Source: an uncultured Lachnospiraceae bacterium (GTDB taxonomy: Bacteria > Bacillota > Clostridia > Lachnospirales > Lachnospiraceae). From it: a stretch of DNA of 64,000 nt. Below, piece after piece: positions 1 to 9,004 of the stretch. Position 1 is the first letter of the stretch; the number at the start of each line of letters is the position of its first letter. The stretch spans positions 311 to 64,310 of the forward strand of contig ONKG01000006.1 in assembly GCA_900318375.1 (NCBI GenBank), written 5' to 3'. A program made the translations under genes and the position numbers. A model generated the notes under the pieces. That model saw only the letters and a program-made list of their open reading frames with translations, made no database searches and had not been told where the DNA came from.

Positions 1-1163
1 GCTGCAAGCTCCTCGATCTTGTCCAGTTCCTCGATCGTCGCATTGCCCTTGGTGATGTCGTCCAGCATCTGCAGGAGACGGTGCGTGCCGATACGGCAGG
101 GTGAACATTTGCCGCAGGACTCTTCGCAGATGAACTCCATGTAGAACTTGGCGATATCCACCATACAGGTGTCCTCATCCATGACGATCAGTCCGCCGGA
201 GCCCATCATGGATCCGATCTTGGCCAGGCTCTCATAGTCGATGGGTGTGTCGATGTGGACAGAAGGAATACATCCGCCGGAAGGGCCGCCTGTCTGGGCC
301 GCCTTGAACTTCTTGCCATTGGGGATGCCGCCGCCGATCTCCTCGATGATCTCGCGCAGGGTGGTGCCCATGGGGACTTCCACCAGGCCGACGTTTGTGA
401 TCTTGCCGCCGACCGCGAAGACCTTGGTGCCCTTGGAGGTCTCGGTGCCGATGGAGGAATACCAGTCAGCGCCCTTCAGAATGATCTGGGCTACGTTTGC
501 GTAGGTCTCAACGTTGTTGAGGATGGTAGGCTTCTGGAAGAGACCCTTGACTGCAGGGAAGGGAGGACGGGGACGAGGCTCGCCGCGCTTACCTTCGATG
601 GAGGTCATCAGAGCTGTCTCTTCGCCGCAGACAAAGGCGCCGGCGCCGAGGCGGATCTCAACGTCGAAGCAGAAATCTGTGCGGAAGATGTTGTCGCCGA
701 GCAGTCCGTATTCACGTGCCTGCTTGATCGCGATCTCAAGACGCTGGACCGCGATGGGATACTCTGCACGGACATAGACATAACCCTGGCTGGCGCCGAT
801 CGCATAACCTGCAATGGCCATAGCCTCGAGGACTGCGTGAGGGTCGCCTTCGAGGATGGAACGGTCCATGAATGCACCGGGGTCGCCTTCGTCAGCGTTG
901 CAGCAGACATACTTGATGTCGGACTTGGTGGCTTTACAGAAAGCCCATTTTCTGCCGGTCGGGAAGCCCGCGCCGCCGCGGCCGCGCAGTCCGGATGCCA
1001 GCATAGTGTCAATAACCTGGTCCTGGGTCATCTCGGTCAGGACCTTATGCAGAGCAAAATAACCGTCCAGAGCGATATACTCCTCAATGTTCTCGGGATC
1101 GATGACACCGCAGTTCTTGAGGGCGATACGCATCTGCTTGGCATAGAAATTGGTCTTGCTCAG
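1..1163 (-). CDS. NuoF/HydB-like NADH-binding flavoprotein subunit, core part (runs off the window; out of frame with its N-terminal domain)
   Basis: Manual translation from 1163: [30 protein letters not shown]...[17 protein letters not shown]...[15 protein letters not shown]...[13 protein letters not shown]...[12 protein letters not shown]. These are the NuoF FMN/NADH and Fe-S motifs. Not in the ORF track, presumably because it is open at the window edge. Confidence 0.9.
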   Translation of the reverse strand, partial: MSKTNFYAKQMRIALKNCGVIDPENIEEYIALDGYFALHKVLTEMTQDQVIDTMLASGLRGRGGAGFPTGRKWAFCKATKSDIKYVCCNADEGDPGAFMDRSILEGDPHAVLEAMAIAGYAIGASQGYVYVRAEYPIAVQRLEIAIKQAREYGLLGDNIFRTDFCFDVEIRLGAGAFVCGEETALMTSIEGKRGEPRPRPPFPAVKGLFQKPTILNNVETYANVAQIILKGADWYSSIGTETSKGTKVFAVGGKITNVGLVEVPMGTTLREIIEEIGGGIPNGKKFKAAQTGGPSGGCIPSVHIDTPIDYESLAKIGSMMGSGGLIVMDEDTCMVDIAKFYMEFICEESCGKCSPCRIGTHRLLQMLDDITKGNATIEELDKIEELA

Positions 1164-1513
1164 ATGATGTGCTCGTCAATGATGCGCTTTGCGGCTTCGG
1201 GCGTCGTCTGGGAATAGAAGGCACCCTCGGGATAGACGATCACGATGGGGCCCAGCGCGCAGAGGCCGAAACATCCGGTCTTGACGACCAGGACGTCTTC
1301 GATATTGTTCTTCTTGAGCTCTTTCTCAAGCGCTTCAATGACCTTCAAGCTGCTGGAGGAGGTACATCCGGTACCGCCGCAGACGAGGATCTGTTTGCGG
1401 TAAGCAGTGTGCTTGGCCATCTCTTCAGCCTGGGAAGCCACGAGCTTACGGACCATGACCAGCTCCTGATTTTTTTGTTTGATTTCCGTGAGCCTGTTCA
1501 ATGTCATCGTCAT
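1160..1513 (-). CDS. N-terminal thioredoxin-like [2Fe-2S] domain of the NuoF/HydB-like subunit (ends prematurely at TGA 1162-1160)
   Basis: [11 protein letters not shown]...[20 protein letters not shown] is the typical N-terminal domain of clostridial HydB/HndC. Confidence 0.8.
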   Translation of the reverse strand: MTMTLNRLTEIKQKNQELVMVRKLVASQAEEMAKHTAYRKQILVCGGTGCTSSSSLKVIEALEKELKKNNIEDVLVVKTGCFGLCALGPIVIVYPEGAFYSQTTPEAAKRIIDEHII

Positions 1514-1516
1514 GGC

Positions 1517-2008
1517 TTACACCTCCTCATAATAGGAATCAATGATTTTCACCGCTGACTCCGGTGTGCACTTGCCGTAGACTTCTCCGTCGATTGTCAT
1601 GACGGGAGCCAGACCGCAGGCGCCGAGACACCGGCAGCTGTCAATGGAGAAGAAGCCGTCAGAGGTGCACTCCCCGGCTTTGATCCCGAGGCGTTCCTCA
1701 ATGGCGGCCAGGATCTTGTCAGCGCCCTTGACATAGCAGGCTGTACCGAGACATACGCTGACAGTGTGCTCGCCCTTGGGGGACAGGGTGAACTGCGAAT
1801 AGAATGTCGCAACTCCGAACACCTGGGAAAGCGGAACGCCCATCTCCTCGGCGATGATCGTCTGCACCTCTCTGGGCAGATACCCGTAGATTCCCTGTGC
1901 CTCCTGGAGTACAGGCATCATCGCTCCGGGCTGATCTTTGTGCTTTTTAATGAATTTCCGAAGCTCTCGTTCCTGTTTTGGCGTTCCCCGAAAAGCTACA
2001 TTAGCCAT
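1517..2008 (-). CDS. NuoE/HydC-like [2Fe-2S] subunit
   Basis: LQEAQGIYGYLP, VATFYSQF, VCLGTACYVKG, CLGACGLAPV motifs. Confidence 0.93.
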   Translation of the reverse strand: MANVAFRGTPKQERELRKFIKKHKDQPGAMMPVLQEAQGIYGYLPREVQTIIAEEMGVPLSQVFGVATFYSQFTLSPKGEHTVSVCLGTACYVKGADKILAAIEERLGIKAGECTSDGFFSIDSCRCLGACGLAPVMTIDGEVYGKCTPESAVKIIDSYYEEV

Positions 2009-2116
2009 CGATTACCATCTCCTTTCCAAAACAAATGAATGTAAGTTAGTTCTGCCGCCGCGCAGAAGCGCTCCGGCATTTCCGTAGGTATATTATAAAA
2101 AATTATATAATATTTA

Positions 2117-2134
2117 ATGTTATAATTATAACAG
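2117..2134. promoter_or_regulatory. Candidate Rex (NADH/NAD+ sensor) operator upstream of the nuoE/nuoF-like operon
   Basis: Palindrome aTGTTATAATTATAACAg resembles the clostridial Rex consensus TTGTTAA-N4-TTAACAA; context is a redox operon. Confidence 0.55.
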
Positions 2135-2349
2135 TTTTTTGTCTAATAACCGGTCCATATTTGAAAATATTTTCAAAAAATTTGTTCATTTTTGACAACA
2201 ATCAGGTTAAATATAGCTAACTGCATTGTGTATTTTGAACGTCCCCGTAACCGTTCGTACTTACCTTCATGAGCGGGCACCCGCGGACATGTATGAATAC
2301 TCCGGGAATTGCCGGCCGGGAATTGCCGTACACTTTGAAATGAAGCGGA

Positions 2350-2402
2350 TTGTCATCGCAGTCTTAAAATGCTATCATATAGATTAATCGTTCCGGTCAA
2401 TC
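2350..2402 (+). promoter_or_regulatory. SigA-like promoter with adjacent imperfect palindrome (probable TetR autoregulatory operator)
   Basis: TTGTCA-17nt-TATCAT followed by GATTAATCG-ttc-CGGTCAATC. Confidence 0.5.
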
Positions 2403-2493
2403 ATTGGCCGACGGCGGCCGGAACACACCGTCGAAAGAGTGTCTGCAAAAAGGAGTTCCGGATTCTCAGCGGATTCAGAAGGGAACACAGACC

Positions 2494-3138
2494 ATGAATG
2501 AACGTTTTTTTGACTTAAAAAAAGACCGGCAGGACCGGATCATCAACGGCGCGATGAGAATCTTTGCACAAAACGGTTACAGACACGCCAGCACGGATGA
2601 AATGGTTGCGGCCGCTTCTATCAGCAAGGGATTGCTCTTCCACTATTTCAAGAGCAAAAAAGGCAGCTGGGAATTTCTGTACGAATACTGCACCAGATAT
2701 ACATTGCTGGAGATGCGCGAGGCCGGGCGCCGGCGGGGCTGTGACTTCTTTGAAATGTATCGTCAGCTGGTCAGGGTCGACGCTGCCGTCCTTCGGAAAT
2801 ATCCCTATATGCCTCTCTTTCTGCGCCGCGCGGATGAAGAGCTATCCATGGATGATCCCAGGTTTAAACCCGTGATCCCCGATGGCCTTGAGAAAGCCGC
2901 TTCCTCCCACAGGCTGTCCCTGATCATGGAATCCGGAAGACCGCCCTTTCTCACAGAACAGGATGCGGACAGGATCTCGCAAATGCTGGAATATACACGT
3001 TACGGCCTGATGCAGGAACTCCTGGTACAGGTGTACAACGGCACATCTGCCCCCGCAGAGGCGGCGACGCCTTTCTACGAGCAGTACGCAGAACGGATTT
3101 CCGATTATCTGCAGACCCTGCGCAAGATGAATATCTGA
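2494..3138 (+). CDS. TetR/AcrR family transcriptional regulator
   Basis: N-terminal HTH (FAQNGYRHASTDEMVAAASISKGLLFHYFKSK); start moved to ATG 2494 (MNERFFDL). Confidence 0.9.
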   Translation: MNERFFDLKKDRQDRIINGAMRIFAQNGYRHASTDEMVAAASISKGLLFHYFKSKKGSWEFLYEYCTRYTLLEMREAGRRRGCDFFEMYRQLVRVDAAVLRKYPYMPLFLRRADEELSMDDPRFKPVIPDGLEKAASSHRLSLIMESGRPPFLTEQDADRISQMLEYTRYGLMQELLVQVYNGTSAPAEAATPFYEQYAERISDYLQTLRKMNI

Positions 3139-3177
3139 AACATACGCGGAATCTCCGCGGAATCTTCCGCAGAAATA

Positions 3178-3286
3178 AGGCAGAGGCGGCCCTGAAGCCC
3201 TCTGCCCTGCCGCAGGCTGCCGTCCGCCGTCAGACGAAAGATAGATACCTTACGGCAGCCCTGCGATAAAAAAAGGACCGGACACC
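3178..3286. repeat. Dispersed GC-rich intergenic element, copy 1 (others at about 21066-21172 and partial at about 53500-53555)
   Basis: Shared blocks GGCAGAGGCGGCCCTG, CTCTGCCCT, GCCGTC.GCCGTCAG.CGAAA, GCCCTGCGATAAAAAA. Confidence 0.7.
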
Positions 3287-3319
3287 GGAAAAATTGATTT
3301 TTCGGTGTCCGGTTTTTTA
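3268..3319. terminator. Bidirectional intrinsic terminator between the convergent TetR and MocR genes
   Basis: A-run, ACCGGACACCG...CGGTGTCCGGT stem, T-run. Confidence 0.8.
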
Positions 3320-3443
3320 TTGTGACACGGCCCGTGTAATGATATAGTCCGCCCTGCGGCATCCTGCGGCGGATACAGTTTCAGTCGGGGCAGGGTTCAG
3401 TCGGAGGCAGAGGGCGGCGGAGCCGCTCCGGCCTGTTTCGGGA

Positions 3444-5024
3444 TCACACGGACAGCAGAGCTTCCGCAAGTCTGCCTACCCCCTCGCGTATGGATGTCTC
3501 ATCGAGGGCGCCGAATCCCAAAAGGATCGTCGGCCGTCTCCTCCCTGTAAAATGCTGACCGGATCCCGGCAGAAGGTAGTCGGACAGTGCATAGACTGCT
3601 ACTCCCCGGGCGGCAGCCCGCTGAACCAGCTCATGTTCGATCTGTATGAATGACTGTCCTGTCACGCTTTGCCCGTCACTGGTATCTGTCATGCTCTTAG
3701 CCATGTCTTCCGCTGTCTCCGCAAGTGCTTCCAGGCCAAGATGCAGACCTGTTCCGGCTCCAAGGATGCGATAGCGGTCCTGCAGCGGACGAAGCTGCGC
3801 CAGCAGTTCATCGTGACGGGCCCGGTAAATACTGCGCATCCGGTTCAGATGGCGCTCGAAGTGACCGTTTTTCATAAAATCATTCAGGATGCGCTGGTCG
3901 ATCCTTGAGACCGTGGATGAGAAAAACCAGCACTTTTCGCGATAGCGGCCGACCAGGTCCTGCGGAAGGATCATATAGCTGATGCGGATGGCCGGCGCGA
4001 TGGCCTTGGAAAAAGTGCCGATATAAATGACTCTGCCTGCGCGGTCAAGAGACTGCAGAGCAGGGATGGGCTTTCCGCGGTAGCGGAATTCGGAATCATA
4101 GTCGTCCTCGATGATATATCGATCCGCAGCCTCCATGGCCCATCCCAGCAGAGAGGCCCTTCGTCCGACTGGCATAATGCAGCCGACGGGGAACTGATGG
4201 GCAGGCATGGCATAGACGAGATCAGCATCCGTCTGTGCCACAGACGCGGGCAGCATTCCGTCATCATCCATCCGCACCGGGCAGATCCTGTATCCGAAGG
4301 ATGAAAAAATCTGTGCAGCGCGCAGGTAGGAAGGGTTCTCCATCGCCACTTTTCTGCCCTCTCCGAGAATATGGCGCAGCAGTATGAGAAGATAATCATT
4401 TCCCGCGCCCACTATAACCTGCTCCGGTGTACAGCGCACACCTCTGGAAAAGTGCAGGTATCGCGCGATCGTTGTGCGCAGCGACAGATCTCCTCCGGGC
4501 TCACTGTGGGAAAACATCTCGGAGTTGGCATCCACCATGACCTCGCGCATGATCTTTTTCCATGTGCTGTAGGGGAAGGCGGACATCTCTGTGTGCCGAA
4601 GGGAAAAATCGATCAGACTGCTGTTCAGGTAACTCTGCTTTCCAAGATGGGACAGTACAGAGACGGACTGATCCTTTTTCTTTTCAGATCCCTTTTCCCG
4701 GCCGGCCGCATTCTCTTTTTCCCTGAAAGAATAAAAGGGATCCTCGTCCTCAAAATGCAGCTCTGCCAGGTTTTCCACTTCACTGACATAGTAGCCGCTG
4801 TTTTTTTTCGAGTGGATATAGCCCTCCGAGAGGAGCTGGCTGTAGGCGAGTTCTGCCGTACTGCGGGCTATGTGCAGGTCCGCCGACATAGCGCGCGTGG
4901 AAGGGATGCGCTCACCTGGCTCGAGCGCGCCGCTGCGGATCTCGCCGCGGATATATTCGTAAATCTGCCTGTAAAGAGGCCTCTTATCCTCCGAATTCAG
5001 GCGCACGCTCAATTCCTGTGCCAT
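3444..5024 (-). CDS. MocR/GabR family regulator (GntR HTH plus PLP-dependent aminotransferase-like domain)
   Basis: PLYRQIYEYIR...PSTR HTH; IIEDDYDSEFRY; GTFSKAIAPAIRISY. Confidence 0.93.
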   Translation of the reverse strand: MAQELSVRLNSEDKRPLYRQIYEYIRGEIRSGALEPGERIPSTRAMSADLHIARSTAELAYSQLLSEGYIHSKKNSGYYVSEVENLAELHFEDEDPFYSFREKENAAGREKGSEKKKDQSVSVLSHLGKQSYLNSSLIDFSLRHTEMSAFPYSTWKKIMREVMVDANSEMFSHSEPGGDLSLRTTIARYLHFSRGVRCTPEQVIVGAGNDYLLILLRHILGEGRKVAMENPSYLRAAQIFSSFGYRICPVRMDDDGMLPASVAQTDADLVYAMPAHQFPVGCIMPVGRRASLLGWAMEAADRYIIEDDYDSEFRYRGKPIPALQSLDRAGRVIYIGTFSKAIAPAIRISYMILPQDLVGRYREKCWFFSSTVSRIDQRILNDFMKNGHFERHLNRMRSIYRARHDELLAQLRPLQDRYRILGAGTGLHLGLEALAETAEDMAKSMTDTSDGQSVTGQSFIQIEHELVQRAAARGVAVYALSDYLLPGSGQHFTGRRRPTILLGFGALDETSIREGVGRLAEALLSV

Positions 5025-5148
5025 GTCTGTCTCTCCTTATAAAACAAAAATCCCCAAAGGTTCCCTGCCGGTATCATGCAGTCCTTTAAGACGAGGGGCA
5101 GATAACCGGTGCTGTTCAATCATCTATGCCGGCAGGCAGATTTCCGGT

Positions 5149-5288
5149 CCCATGTGCACATTGATGCCGCCTGCAGATCACCGCCCCCATGTTCCCATTG
5201 ATGCCGCCTGCATATTACCGCCCCATGTGCACATTGATGCCGCCTGCATATTACCGCCCCATGTGCACATTGATGCCGCCTGCAGATA
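5149..5288. repeat. Tandem repeat, about 36-bp unit x4
   Basis: Unit CCCATGTGCACATTGATGCCGCCTGCA(T/G)AT(T/C)ACCGC repeated head to tail with no spacers. Confidence 0.9.
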
Positions 5289-5417
5289 GCAAGAGTGCCA
5301 GAGATCTCTCAAAATCTCTGGCACATCTGCTGCATCTCACAGACCTGCAGCTGTTCAGGGTTCTTTACTCAGCTTTTTCGTCCGTGAACGGCGGACGCTG
5401 CCGAACAGCTGGAAAAA

Positions 5418-7118
5418 TTATTTTTTGGGAAGCTTGAAGGAGCTCTTCAGGCCCACGATCCGGTTGAATACAGGAGCGCCTTCAGCGGAATCCTTGTAAT
5501 CGACACAAAAGTAGCCGTTGCGGACGAACTGGAAGCGTTCGAAAGGCTTCGCGTCCTTGAGTTCAGGCTCGACGAGAGCGTCACAGACGGTCAGGGAGTT
5601 CGGATTGAGGTTGAGCTCACCGTTCTCATCGTAGACACCCTTTTCCTCATCGACGATATTCTCGTAGAGCCGGGCGGTAACTTTGACTGCGGAGTCTGCA
5701 TGGACCCAGTGGATCGTACCCTTGACCTTGCGGCCGGTGAAGCCGCTGCCGCTCTTTGTCTCGGGGTCATAGGTCACATGTACCGCAGTGATATTGCCGT
5801 TTTCATCCTTGTCAAAGCCGACGCACTTGACAAAATAGGCGTACATGAGGCGCACTTCGTTGCCGGGGAAGAGTCGATAATACTTTTTCGGAGGCTCTTC
5901 CATGAAGTCGTCGCGTTCGATCCAGAGTTCACGTCCGAAAGGAATCTGACGCTTGCCCAGATCGGGGTTCTCCAGATTGTTGTCTGCCTCGAGCATCTCG
6001 ACCTGATCCTCGGGATAGTTGTCGATGATGAGTTTGAGCGGATGGAGTACAGCCAGCATGCGCTTGCAGCCGGGCTTGAGGTCCTCGCGGATGCAGTATT
6101 CGAGTGCTGCGTAGTCCGCGGAGCTGTTGCTCTTGGAGATACCGCACAGGTCGACGAAGCGCCTGATGGAAGCAGGTGTGTAGCCTCTGCGGCGCAGACC
6201 CGAAATAGAGACCAGACGGGGATCATCCCAGCCGTCCACTATGTTCTGCTCAACAAGCTTCTTGATATAGCGTTTGCCCGTGACCTGGTTGGTCAGATAC
6301 ATTTTTGCAAACTCAATCTGTCTGGGAGGGTGGGGATACTCGGCTTCCCGTACGACCCAGTCGTAGAGGGGACGGTGATCCTCAAACTCAAGTGTGCAGA
6401 GAGAGTGGGTAATGCCTTCGATCGCGTCCTCGATGGGATGCGCAAAATCATACATGGGATAGATGCACCATTTGTCGCCGGTATTGTGATGAGACATATG
6501 GGCCACGCGGTAGATGATCGGATCGCGCATATTGATATTGGGGCTGGCCATATCGATCTTCGCGCGGAGGGTCTTCTCGCCGTCGGCAAATTCACCTGCG
6601 CGCATGCGCTCGAAGAGATCAAGGTTCTCCTCGATACTGCGCTCACGGTTGGGATCGTTTTTGCCGGGCTCGGTCAGAGTGCCGCGATATTCGCGCATCT
6701 CTTCCGCCGAGAGGTCGGAAACATAGGCCTTACCCTTTTTGATGAGCTTGACGGCGACATCGTACATCTGCTGGAAATAGTCAGAGGCATAGAAGAGTCT
6801 GTCTTCGTAATCGGCACCCAGCCACTGTACGTCCGCCTTGATGGACTCGACGAACTCAATCTTTTCCTTGGTGGGATTGGTGTCGTCAAAGCGGAGATTA
6901 AACTTTCCTCCGTACTCCTGCGCCATACCGTAGTTGAGAAGAATGCTCTTGGCATGTCCAATGTGGAGATAGCCGTTGGGCTCGGGAGGAAAACGGGTAT
7001 GTACGACATCATACACGCCGTCCTTCAAATCCTTGTCAATCTCCTGTTCGATGAAATGACGGCTTACCTTTTCCTCTTCGGGTGCAGCTGCATTCATTTC
7101 CGCGGTCTTATCACTCAT
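5418..7118 (-). CDS. glnS: Glutamine--tRNA ligase
   Basis: [48 protein letters not shown]. Confidence 0.97.
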   Translation of the reverse strand: MSDKTAEMNAAAPEEEKVSRHFIEQEIDKDLKDGVYDVVHTRFPPEPNGYLHIGHAKSILLNYGMAQEYGGKFNLRFDDTNPTKEKIEFVESIKADVQWLGADYEDRLFYASDYFQQMYDVAVKLIKKGKAYVSDLSAEEMREYRGTLTEPGKNDPNRERSIEENLDLFERMRAGEFADGEKTLRAKIDMASPNINMRDPIIYRVAHMSHHNTGDKWCIYPMYDFAHPIEDAIEGITHSLCTLEFEDHRPLYDWVVREAEYPHPPRQIEFAKMYLTNQVTGKRYIKKLVEQNIVDGWDDPRLVSISGLRRRGYTPASIRRFVDLCGISKSNSSADYAALEYCIREDLKPGCKRMLAVLHPLKLIIDNYPEDQVEMLEADNNLENPDLGKRQIPFGRELWIERDDFMEEPPKKYYRLFPGNEVRLMYAYFVKCVGFDKDENGNITAVHVTYDPETKSGSGFTGRKVKGTIHWVHADSAVKVTARLYENIVDEEKGVYDENGELNLNPNSLTVCDALVEPELKDAKPFERFQFVRNGYFCVDYKDSAEGAPVFNRIVGLKSSFKLPKK

Positions 7119-7219
7119 GCTGTCTGTTGTCTCCTTCCATGTTATTGTCAGTCCGGCAGAAAAACTGCCGGATCATTGCGGGATCAAACGGGTCTCCGTG
7201 AACGTCTTTTGATCCACCG

Positions 7220-7294
7220 TGAGTCACCGGGGACGGTTCTGATTGACTCATTTTCAGCGAAAATGAGTCGATCAGAACCGTCCCTTGTGACTCA
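7220..7294. repeat. Long near-perfect inverted repeat (REP-like palindrome)
   Basis: TGAGTCAC-cg-GGGACGGTTCTGATTGACTCATTTT-cagcg-AAAATGAGTCGATCAGAACCGTCCC-tt-GTGACTCA. Confidence 0.85.
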
Positions 7295-7309
7295 TTTCCG
7301 AATTATGTT

Positions 7310-8629
7310 TTATAGCTGGGTGAGGACAAAAATGTCGTAGATCGCCTGGAGGGCAGTCTCGAAGTCTTTGTTCTCGACGCCGATGATGATGTTGAGCTCG
7401 GAGGAGCCCTGGTCGATCATTCGGACATTGACATGGGCGTGGGCGAGGGCAGAGAAGATACGTCCGGCAGTTCCGCGCATGGACTTCATGCCGCGGCCCA
7501 CGACTGCGATCAGGGCGAGGTCGGATTCAATCTCGATGGCATCGGGCTTGGCCAGACGGTGGATGGCGGAGACGACTTTCTGCTCTTTCTCAATAAATTC
7601 GTCCTCGTGGACGACGATGGTCATGGTGTCAATACCCGAAGGCATATGCTCGAAGGAAATATTGTTATCTTCGAATGCCTGCAGGACCTTTCTTCCAAAG
7701 CCGATCTCGGAATTCATCATGTCCTTGGTAATAAGGACGGCGCAGAAATCCTTCCTGCCCGCAATACCGGTGATGACGTAGCCTGATTTCTGAGCTGTAC
7801 TTTCCACGATCCAGGTACCTTCATCCTGAGGCCTGTTGGTATTTCTGATATTGATCGGGATGCCCTGGCGGCGCACAGGGAAGATCGACTCTTCGTGGAG
7901 AACCGATGCCCCCATGTAGGAGAGCTCACGCAGCTCACGATAGGTAATGGTCTCGATCCTTGCGGGGTTCTTGATAATGCGGGGATCCGCTACAAGGAAG
8001 CCGGAGACATCAGTCCAGTTCTCATAGACGTCCGCATGGCAGGCCCCGGCCACGATGGATCCTGTGATGTCAGAACCTCCGCGGGAGAAAGCCTTGACTT
8101 TGCCGTCATGGCTGCAGCCGTAGAAGCCGGGAATGACAGCATATTCCTCTCCTTTAAGACGCTTTTCGACAGCGCGCATGGTCCTGCGGTCATCAAGCAT
8201 CCCCTCTTCGTCAAAAAAGATCATCTCGAAGGGATCCACAAAGGCAAATCCCAGACATTCAGCCATGATGCGTCCGTTCAGGTGCTCGCCGCGGGATGCC
8301 GCGTAGTCGGCGTCAGGATCTTCCTTCATCCTCTTCTCGATCTCGTCAAACTGTTCATCCAGGGAGAAGTCCTTAAGTCCCAGACCTTCAATAATCTCCT
8401 CATAGCGGCTCTTGATCTCATCAAAAGTCTCGTGGAAATCCTCTCCTCTCGCTGCCTCTCCCTCCATCTTGTAGAGAAGGTCGGTCACCTTGGTGTCGCC
8501 GGGGAAACGCTTTCCGGGAGCTGAAGGGATCACATATCTTCTGGTTTTATCCTTGTTGATGATATCGACAACCTTTTTAAACTGTTCTGCATTGGCGAGA
8601 GAACTCCCGCCAAATTTTACTACTTTCAT
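7310..8629 (-). CDS. lysC: Aspartate kinase
   Basis: VVKFGGSSLA, SAPGKR, FSRGGSDITG, YENWTDVSG, two C-terminal ACT domains. Confidence 0.93.
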   Translation of the reverse strand: MKVVKFGGSSLANAEQFKKVVDIINKDKTRRYVIPSAPGKRFPGDTKVTDLLYKMEGEAARGEDFHETFDEIKSRYEEIIEGLGLKDFSLDEQFDEIEKRMKEDPDADYAASRGEHLNGRIMAECLGFAFVDPFEMIFFDEEGMLDDRRTMRAVEKRLKGEEYAVIPGFYGCSHDGKVKAFSRGGSDITGSIVAGACHADVYENWTDVSGFLVADPRIIKNPARIETITYRELRELSYMGASVLHEESIFPVRRQGIPINIRNTNRPQDEGTWIVESTAQKSGYVITGIAGRKDFCAVLITKDMMNSEIGFGRKVLQAFEDNNISFEHMPSGIDTMTIVVHEDEFIEKEQKVVSAIHRLAKPDAIEIESDLALIAVVGRGMKSMRGTAGRIFSALAHAHVNVRMIDQGSSELNIIIGVENKDFETALQAIYDIFVLTQL

Positions 8630-8717
8630 CTTCGTAACCTCAGTATCTCTTTTCTTTATGCAGATCAGCCGCGGGCGAAGCAGGATTCCGCCGCCGGGTC
8701 AGCTGACCTATCAACGC

Positions 8718-8905
8718 AGAAAAGCCTTTTCCATGCATGGAAAAAAGGCTTTCCTGTCTCTTCCGATCATGCCGCTCGCCAGAGCGGCAGCACGAGGAGA
8801 AATTCGCGGAGACGATTTCTCGCTGACATCAGGGGGTTTGTGCTCCGGCACAAACATCCGGAGTGAAAAAACTTGTATCGGCAAGATTTTTCACTCTATA
8901 TACTC
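8718..8905 (-). ncRNA. Structured 5' leader or sRNA upstream of aspartate kinase (four hairpins plus terminator-like stem); family not recognised
   Basis: Hairpins at 8861-8896, 8836-8855, 8797-8821 and 8770-8789; terminator-like stem 8718-8754; immediately downstream of a near-consensus promoter. Confidence 0.55.
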
Positions 8906-8911
8906 TAACCA

Positions 8912-8940
8912 TTTATATATCAGAAACCCTGAAGTGTCAA
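8912..8940 (-). promoter_or_regulatory. SigA promoter for the leader/aspartokinase transcript
   Basis: Minus strand TTGACA-17nt-TATAAA. Confidence 0.75.
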
Positions 8941-9004
8941 ATGAATCTCACGCGAAAAAAACCTGTTAACGTACAGGGGGCTGCAATACACGCCCTGTCC
9001 CGGA

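Noticed and set aside
5149-5288. 36-bp repeats as a CRISPR array
   Set aside because: Units are directly adjacent with no unique spacers, and there are no cas genes or leader.
8718-8905. Lysine riboswitch, T-box, hammerhead or 6S RNA identity for the aspartokinase leader
   Set aside because: Lacks AGAGGUGC and UGGNACC cores; CUGAUGU does not fit the hammerhead CUGANGA; folds as serial hairpins rather than a 6S-like rod. Kept as an unknown motif.
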